Source: Deltaproteobacteria bacterium (lineage in GTDB: Bacteria > Myxococcota > Kuafuiibacteriia > Kuafuiibacteriales > Kuafuiibacteriaceae). From it: a stretch of DNA of 64,000 nt. The stretch lies in NCBI GenBank assembly GCA_040218735.1, contig JAVJQW010000017.1:256001-320000 (forward strand). The letters are read 5' to 3'. The translations under genes were made by a program, and so were the position numbers. The notes under the pieces were generated by a model, which saw nothing but the letters and a program-made list of their open reading frames with translations, did not search any database and had not been told where the DNA came from. This document shows, in pieces, positions 59,079 through 64,000 of this stretch. How positions within the stretch are numbered: the first letter of the stretch is position 1; every line of letters starts with the position of its first letter.

Positions 59079-61202
59079 TCAGAAGCGCGCAGTCGCGCTC
59101 AGCTGCCACCAGCGACCGGGTTGTGGATAGGGGTGCTGCACGCTCCCGCCTTGGAAGTACTTCGCGTCGAGCGCGTTGAAGACACGTGCGTCGAGCTTCA
59201 TCTGCTCGAGCCCCGGGAGCGTCCACCGGATCCCCGCGTTGACGACGAAGGCGGCGTCGACCTCGAAGTCCGGGTCCGAGTAATCCGGTCCGCCGGCGTA
59301 CGCCACGCTGATCGGAGAGAACTGCGAACCGACGTAGCGCAACGTGAGGTTCAGCCAGAGCTCCTGCCCGATCGTCCACAGCGGGTTGAAGTCGAGCACC
59401 GCATTTGCCGTAAGCGACGGCACGGCGTGGATGGCGGCCCCCGTCGTCCCGTAGTTCTCCGCGTCGACCGCGCGCTGGTACGTCGCGTTGACGAGCGCCT
59501 TGAACATGCTCGCCGAGTACGACACCTCGTTCTCGACGCCGGCCGCGGCCAGGTGCCCCGCGTTCTGGTAGATCGGCTCGTCCGCCGCCGCCGCGTTGTT
59601 CCGGAAGATGAAGTCCGCGAAGTAGCTGTAGAACAGGTTGGCGGTCGCCTTCAGGCGACCGTCGAGGAACGTCAGCGTCGGCGTGAGCTGCGCGGCCGAG
59701 AGCCGCTCCGGGCGGAGGAACTCACCGCCGCGATAACTCGCGAGTGAGTTGTAGCGGTACCAGTACGGCGCATCCACGAACGACTGCGCGAAGGACGCCT
59801 TGAGGCTGAACACGTCCGCCGGGAGCCACACCACGGCGATGCGCGGGCTGAGGTTGTGGATGTCGTCGCCGCGCAGGCGTTGTTTGATGTCGTAGCGCGC
59901 GCCGGCGTTGAAGAGGAGCTGCGGCGTGAGCTCGTGACGGATCTGCGCGAAGGCGGAGAGCGACTGCTCCGAGCCGACCTCGAGGAGCTGGTCCTCGCTC
60001 GAGTCTCCGAAGCGCGTCCACTCACCGCCGGTCTGAATCGGGAACGCGCTGTCGTACAGCGTCGTGCCGTCGACCTGTCCACCGATGAGGATCGAGCCCT
60101 GCCCCAGCAGCGTGTACGCCTTGCGGAGCTGGACGATCGCGCCCAGATCGTACTCGTCCCAGGTGAGGAAGCCCGCGGTCGCCGTGGTCGGATCGATGAC
60201 GAGGGTCCCGCGCAGCTCACTCGCGTCGAAGTAGCCATACACGTCGAGCTCGACGCCGCCGAGCGACTCGAAGACGTGGTCGAGGCCGAGCCCGAGGTGC
60301 GTGGACGTCTGGCGGACGCCGGTGCCGATCCCGAACATCGTTCGGATCGCCTCGCGATCGTAGAGGCGGCCCGTCGGCGAGCCGGCGTCCGTGAACGGCG
60401 AGGCGTACGAACCGGCGCGACGGCTCGCCAGCAGACGCAGCTCGCCGAACCGATACGTCGCGCCGACGTCGTAGGAGAGCGGGTCCGCGAAGCGCCCGAG
60501 CCACGCTTCGCCCGCGCGCGGCACGGGTTCGTAGGAACGGTCGGCGGGGACGTCGACGCGCTCGCCGGCGGCGGCGTACGCGGTGCCCCACAACGTGAGC
60601 GCGTGGTCCTCGTCGAACTGCTGCCCGATGACGACGCTCCCGCGGTACGCGTCGAAGGCGCCGAACCCGAGCGTGACCTCGGTGCCGCCGAGCTTCTTTG
60701 CGTCACGCGTGATGAGGTTGACGACACCGCCCAGCGCGACGTTGCCGTACAGCGAAGATCCCGGGCCGCGGAGGATCTCGATGCGCTCGATGCTGTCGAG
60801 GCCGATGCTGTAGTCCGGCGGCGCGGAGGAGTACGCGCGCGAGTTGAGGCGATGCCCGTCGCGAAGGATGAGGATCTTCTGCTGCGAGCTCCCGTACACG
60901 CCGCGCACGGCGACGTTGAGCTCGTTGTGATCCTGCGCGTTCGTATAACCGGGGACGAACGTGACGAGGGCGTCGCGGAGGTTCCGCACGCCGCTGCGCT
61001 CGATCATCTCGCGCGTGATCACCGTGACGGGGACCGGCGTCTCCGCGAGGGACTCCACCTCGCGCGACGCGGAGACGACCTTCACGTCCATCAGCTGGTC
61101 GAGCGAGAGGTCCAACAGCTCGTCCGCCGGAGCGGCGAGCGCGGAGGAGGGCCCGCCCAAAGCGAGCAACGCGACCGTCGAATTCAACCTCCCCCGGTTC
61201 AT
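59079..61202 (-). CDS. TonB-dependent receptor
   Basis: LSLDQLMDVKVVSAS, IERIEILRGPGSSLYG...GGVVNLIT, NALD..Y, terminal F. Confidence 0.93.
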   Translation of the reverse strand: MNRGRLNSTVALLALGGPSSALAAPADELLDLSLDQLMDVKVVSASREVESLAETPVPVTVITREMIERSGVRNLRDALVTFVPGYTNAQDHNELNVAVRGVYGSSQQKILILRDGHRLNSRAYSSAPPDYSIGLDSIERIEILRGPGSSLYGNVALGGVVNLITRDAKKLGGTEVTLGFGAFDAYRGSVVIGQQFDEDHALTLWGTAYAAAGERVDVPADRSYEPVPRAGEAWLGRFADPLSYDVGATYRFGELRLLASRRAGSYASPFTDAGSPTGRLYDREAIRTMFGIGTGVRQTSTHLGLGLDHVFESLGGVELDVYGYFDASELRGTLVIDPTTATAGFLTWDEYDLGAIVQLRKAYTLLGQGSILIGGQVDGTTLYDSAFPIQTGGEWTRFGDSSEDQLLEVGSEQSLSAFAQIRHELTPQLLFNAGARYDIKQRLRGDDIHNLSPRIAVVWLPADVFSLKASFAQSFVDAPYWYRYNSLASYRGGEFLRPERLSAAQLTPTLTFLDGRLKATANLFYSYFADFIFRNNAAAADEPIYQNAGHLAAAGVENEVSYSASMFKALVNATYQRAVDAENYGTTGAAIHAVPSLTANAVLDFNPLWTIGQELWLNLTLRYVGSQFSPISVAYAGGPDYSDPDFEVDAAFVVNAGIRWTLPGLEQMKLDARVFNALDAKYFQGGSVQHPYPQPGRWWQLSATARF

Positions 61203-61279
61203 CGGCGTGGCGATCCTGAATCGCCCTAGGGGGATTCATCGGTCGGCCGGTGCCGGACTGGAGCCGGATACGTGGTGGA

Positions 61280-62278
61280 TCAGACGTCCACGGTGTCGCG
61301 GCCCTGCAGCTCGTCGATCGCCGAGGTCATCGCGCGCTCCAAACCGGCGGCATCGACCTCCGTGATCGCGAGGCCCTTGTTGGCCGTAGTCCGCAACCAG
61401 AACACACTCCCCGGGACGGGGATGAGCGTCGCGTCCCGCACGAACCAGTCGCCGGGCCCGAAGTCGAACCGTGTCAAAACGAAACGTGTCTTGGTCGCGA
61501 TGCCCCGCGCGAGATCGGCGAGGTAGCTCCGGAGGATCCAGTTGCCGCGGTCCTTGGACAGCACGTCCTTGGCGACGAGCGCGTCGAGGGCCTTCTGCCA
61601 CGCCGCTTCGTCCGGGACGGCGAGGCTGCCGGACGTCTCGGCCGCTTCCCCCGGTGTAAAGCGCGCGCGGCGCCCGGGCATGAGGACGGCGCCGTCCATC
61701 GTGGGGTCGAAGACACTGCGGGCGGGGCGCTTGGGGCCGAGCGAAGCTTCGCCGTGCAGGACGAGCTCCTTCGCGAAGCACACGAGCGCGTAGTACTCGG
61801 CCGACGTGAGCTGAAGCTCGATGAAGTCGCCGGTCGATCGCCGCGGCGAGAACTTGGTCCGAACCTCGTCGAGGATGTCGACCTCCTCGAGCGGCGGACC
61901 GATGTGGTGTTTGCTGCCCGAGCGCCGGTAGGCGACGTACGCGCCGGCCCGCAGGTACACGTCGAGGACGCGCTCCGCGCTGGCCGGGGAGGCGTGCAGG
62001 AGCACGACCCGGGCGTCGGGCTCGGAGACCACGAGCAGCCGGCGGACGATCTCGCGGTGCGGGCGGTACGTCCGTCGGTCCGCGAGCCCGCGGCGAACGA
62101 GGGTCCGTGCGCCGTTCTCCAGACGCTCCGGATCCACTTCGATCTGTAAGGGACCGAGGGGCGACTCGTCGTCGGTCGACAGCTCGCAGGTGAGCCGCAA
62201 CAACAGCAGCTCGTCGTCGGACAGCTCGACCTCCGAAGCAGGGTCGATCGCTTCCGAGCTCGACGCGGACGCGGACAC
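61280..62278 (-). CDS. Hypothetical protein, two internal repeats, weakly EspG-like
   Basis: ELSDDELLLL...LVRRGLAD...LLVVSEPD and QLTSAEYYAL...LVAKDVLS; divergent from sctU; start uncertain. Confidence 0.55.
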   Translation of the reverse strand: MSASASSSEAIDPASEVELSDDELLLLRLTCELSTDDESPLGPLQIEVDPERLENGARTLVRRGLADRRTYRPHREIVRRLLVVSEPDARVVLLHASPASAERVLDVYLRAGAYVAYRRSGSKHHIGPPLEEVDILDEVRTKFSPRRSTGDFIELQLTSAEYYALVCFAKELVLHGEASLGPKRPARSVFDPTMDGAVLMPGRRARFTPGEAAETSGSLAVPDEAAWQKALDALVAKDVLSKDRGNWILRSYLADLARGIATKTRFVLTRFDFGPGDWFVRDATLIPVPGSVFWLRTTANKGLAITEVDAAGLERAMTSAIDELQGRDTVDV

Positions 62279-62338
62279 GTAACGACGAGGTTTAACACGC
62301 TTTGTGTAGCGCGTCGCGCATGGGGTAGCTTCGACTTC

Positions 62339-63547
62339 GTGTCGGGGGATACCGGCGAAAAAACCGAGGAGGCCACTCCAGAAAAACTTCGTAAGGCGAA
62401 GGAGGAGGGGCAGGTTCCGAAGAGTCAGGACCTCGTCGGCGCGCTCGGGTTCGCGACCGGGTTCTTCACGCTCGTCGGGCTGATCGGTTTTGTCTTCGGG
62501 GAGATCGAAGACTTCGCGCGGGCGTGCCTCGACGCCGCGGTCAACAACCCGTCCGAGGCGACGATCACCAAGCTCCTCGAGGACGCCATCCCGATGTTCC
62601 TCAAGGTCACGCTGCCCATCGGGGCGGCGGTGTTCGTGATGGGGGTGTTCTCGAACGTCGTTCAGACCGGGTTCTTCATGGCCTTCAAGGTCCTGATCCC
62701 GAAGATCGACAAGATCAACCCGATCAACGGGTTGAAGGGCCTGTTCAAGGTCAAGAAGTTCGTCGAGCTCATCAAGAACATGGTGAAGATGGGCGCCGCG
62801 GCCTGGATCGCCTGGAGCGTGATGGAGGACGCGCTCTACGACATGACGCTGGTCGTCACGATGCGATTCGAGCAGGCGGTGGACTATGGAAGTGGCCTGC
62901 TCTGGGAGTATCTTGTGAAGACGACTGCGCTGTTCGTGGCGATCGGCGTGGTGGACCTCATTTGGTCCCGGCGTGTCTTCAACAAAGAGCAGATGATGTC
63001 CAAGTACGACGTGAAGCAGGAGTACAAACAGAGCGAAGGCGATCCCCAGATGAAGGGGCAGCGCCGGCAGCTCGCGCACGAGCTGTTGTTCTCCGGCGGC
63101 GCGCAGAACGTGAAGAACGCGGACGCGGTCGTCGTGAACCCGGTGCACATCGCGGTCGCGATCAAGTACGACACGGACAACGACAAGGCGCCGAAGGTCG
63201 TGGCGAAGGGGATGCGCGTCCACGCCGAGAAGATCAAAGAGCTCGCGAAGCACTACGGCGTGCCGATCCTCAGGAACGTCCCGCTCGCGCAGGCGCTCAA
63301 CAAACTCGACATCGACGAGGAGGTCCCGGAGGAGCTGTACGAAGCGGTCGCCGAGGTCCTCGCGTTCGTCTACAAGATCAAGGAAGAGCAGGAGAACCGG
63401 CAGGCCGGCCAGGCGGACGATCGCGCCGCCGAGCAGAAGGCCCGCATGGCGCAGATGGGCGCGCACGCTTCGGCGCCCTCGACAGATCCGCCTCCCCGCG
63501 GGCAAGGTGGTGGCGGTAAAGGAAACCTGCTGAAGCGCAGAGGCTGA
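62339..63547 (+). CDS. sctU: T3SS switch protein SctU (FlhB family)
   Basis: EKTEEATPEKL..A.EEGQVPKS, INPING, MSKYDVKQEYKQSEGDP, NPVH, VAKG, NVPLAQAL. Confidence 0.96.
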   Translation: MSGDTGEKTEEATPEKLRKAKEEGQVPKSQDLVGALGFATGFFTLVGLIGFVFGEIEDFARACLDAAVNNPSEATITKLLEDAIPMFLKVTLPIGAAVFVMGVFSNVVQTGFFMAFKVLIPKIDKINPINGLKGLFKVKKFVELIKNMVKMGAAAWIAWSVMEDALYDMTLVVTMRFEQAVDYGSGLLWEYLVKTTALFVAIGVVDLIWSRRVFNKEQMMSKYDVKQEYKQSEGDPQMKGQRRQLAHELLFSGGAQNVKNADAVVVNPVHIAVAIKYDTDNDKAPKVVAKGMRVHAEKIKELAKHYGVPILRNVPLAQALNKLDIDEEVPEELYEAVAEVLAFVYKIKEEQENRQAGQADDRAAEQKARMAQMGAHASAPSTDPPPRGQGGGGKGNLLKRRG

Positions 63548-63548
63548 C

Positions 63549-64000
63549 ATGGCGGACATCAAGCAGAAGTGGCCGTGGCCGGCGAACGTCGGCACGCTCG
63601 GGACCTTCCCCGAAGAGGTCCACTCCCAGAAGAAACTCGAGAAGGACCTCGCGGCGTCGCCGATGCCCGAGCTGGCCCCGGAGCGGCTGCTCACGCCGAA
63701 GCGGTCGAGCGACAACCTACGGATGGGCGAGCCGGCGCCGGTGTACCCGGAGGGCCAGGAGCCAGTGCAGCTGGCGTTGACGCACGTGGTACTGCGGCGC
63801 CTGCTGATGAAGCGACGCAAGCGGGGTTGGAACCTGTTCGAGTCGTCGGTCGAGGACGAGGTGCTCGACGATCTGCCCGGCTCGCGACGCGACCAGATGC
63901 GCGCGATGCTGAAGCGTGAGAACGCGATGCTGCAGCTGTTGGAGCGCTACAACTCACTCGCGGAGATGGTCTACAGCCGGCTGATCGGCGAGGCGAAGGG
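63549..64000 (+). CDS. Hypothetical protein coupled to sctU (runs off window end)
   Basis: Manual translation MADIKQKWPWPANVG...LLERYNSLAEMVYSRLIGEAK, open to the window end; ATG 1 bp after the sctU stop. Confidence 0.65.
   Translation, partial: MADIKQKWPWPANVGTLGTFPEEVHSQKKLEKDLAASPMPELAPERLLTPKRSSDNLRMGEPAPVYPEGQEPVQLALTHVVLRRLLMKRRKRGWNLFESSVEDEVLDDLPGSRRDQMRAMLKRENAMLQLLERYNSLAEMVYSRLIGEAK

Noticed and set aside
56508-59747. 1079-aa + strand ORF, and similar long ORFs (7216..9228, 11377..14355, 34773..37022, 22702..24777)
   Set aside because: Arg/Ala-rich off-frame or antisense shadows expected in GC-rich DNA, overlapping genes with clear motifs
31407-63547. Calling the cluster flagellar (fliH/I/J/K/M/O/P/Q/R, flhB)
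   Set aside because: No rod, hook, filament, motor or chemotaxis genes in the window; fused SctQ and overall order fit a myxobacterial T3SS better, though phylogeny is needed to be sure
62279-63820. 846-aa ORF 61280..63820
   Set aside because: The upstream part is antisense to sctU; only the last ~332 aa look like a real protein

Overview
Very GC-rich bacterial DNA. The gene content looks like Myxococcota: three Hanks-type Ser/Thr kinases, an FHA-sigma54 activator, PEGA and ADYC proteins, and many lipoproteins. The main feature is a non-flagellar, myxobacterial-type T3SS gene set in collinear order on the + strand: sctL-sctN-sctO // sctP // sctQ-fliO-sctR-sctS-(orf)-sctT // sctU-orf. It spans about 32 kb and is interrupted by cargo. 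Between sctO and sctP, on the - strand, lies a roughly 1347-aa polymorphic-toxin-like gene. It has no signal peptide, three CxDCHPxKK motifs spaced exactly 220 aa apart, a glycine-zipper hydrophobic region and a C-terminal DSE...PCxxC deaminase domain. A beta-propeller gene starts 10 bp after its stop and is a candidate immunity gene. This toxin-in-T3SS arrangement is the top candidate for an undescribed system. Other notable items: a GH13 amylase ending in a dockerin-like motif and coupled to a cohesin-like lipoprotein; a TetR-RND efflux operon; a poly-Asp ADYC lipoprotein flanked by a decayed gene duplicate; and several operator palindromes. No rRNA, tRNA, CRISPR array or transposase was recognised. 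All family calls are by-eye motif recognition; no searches were run.
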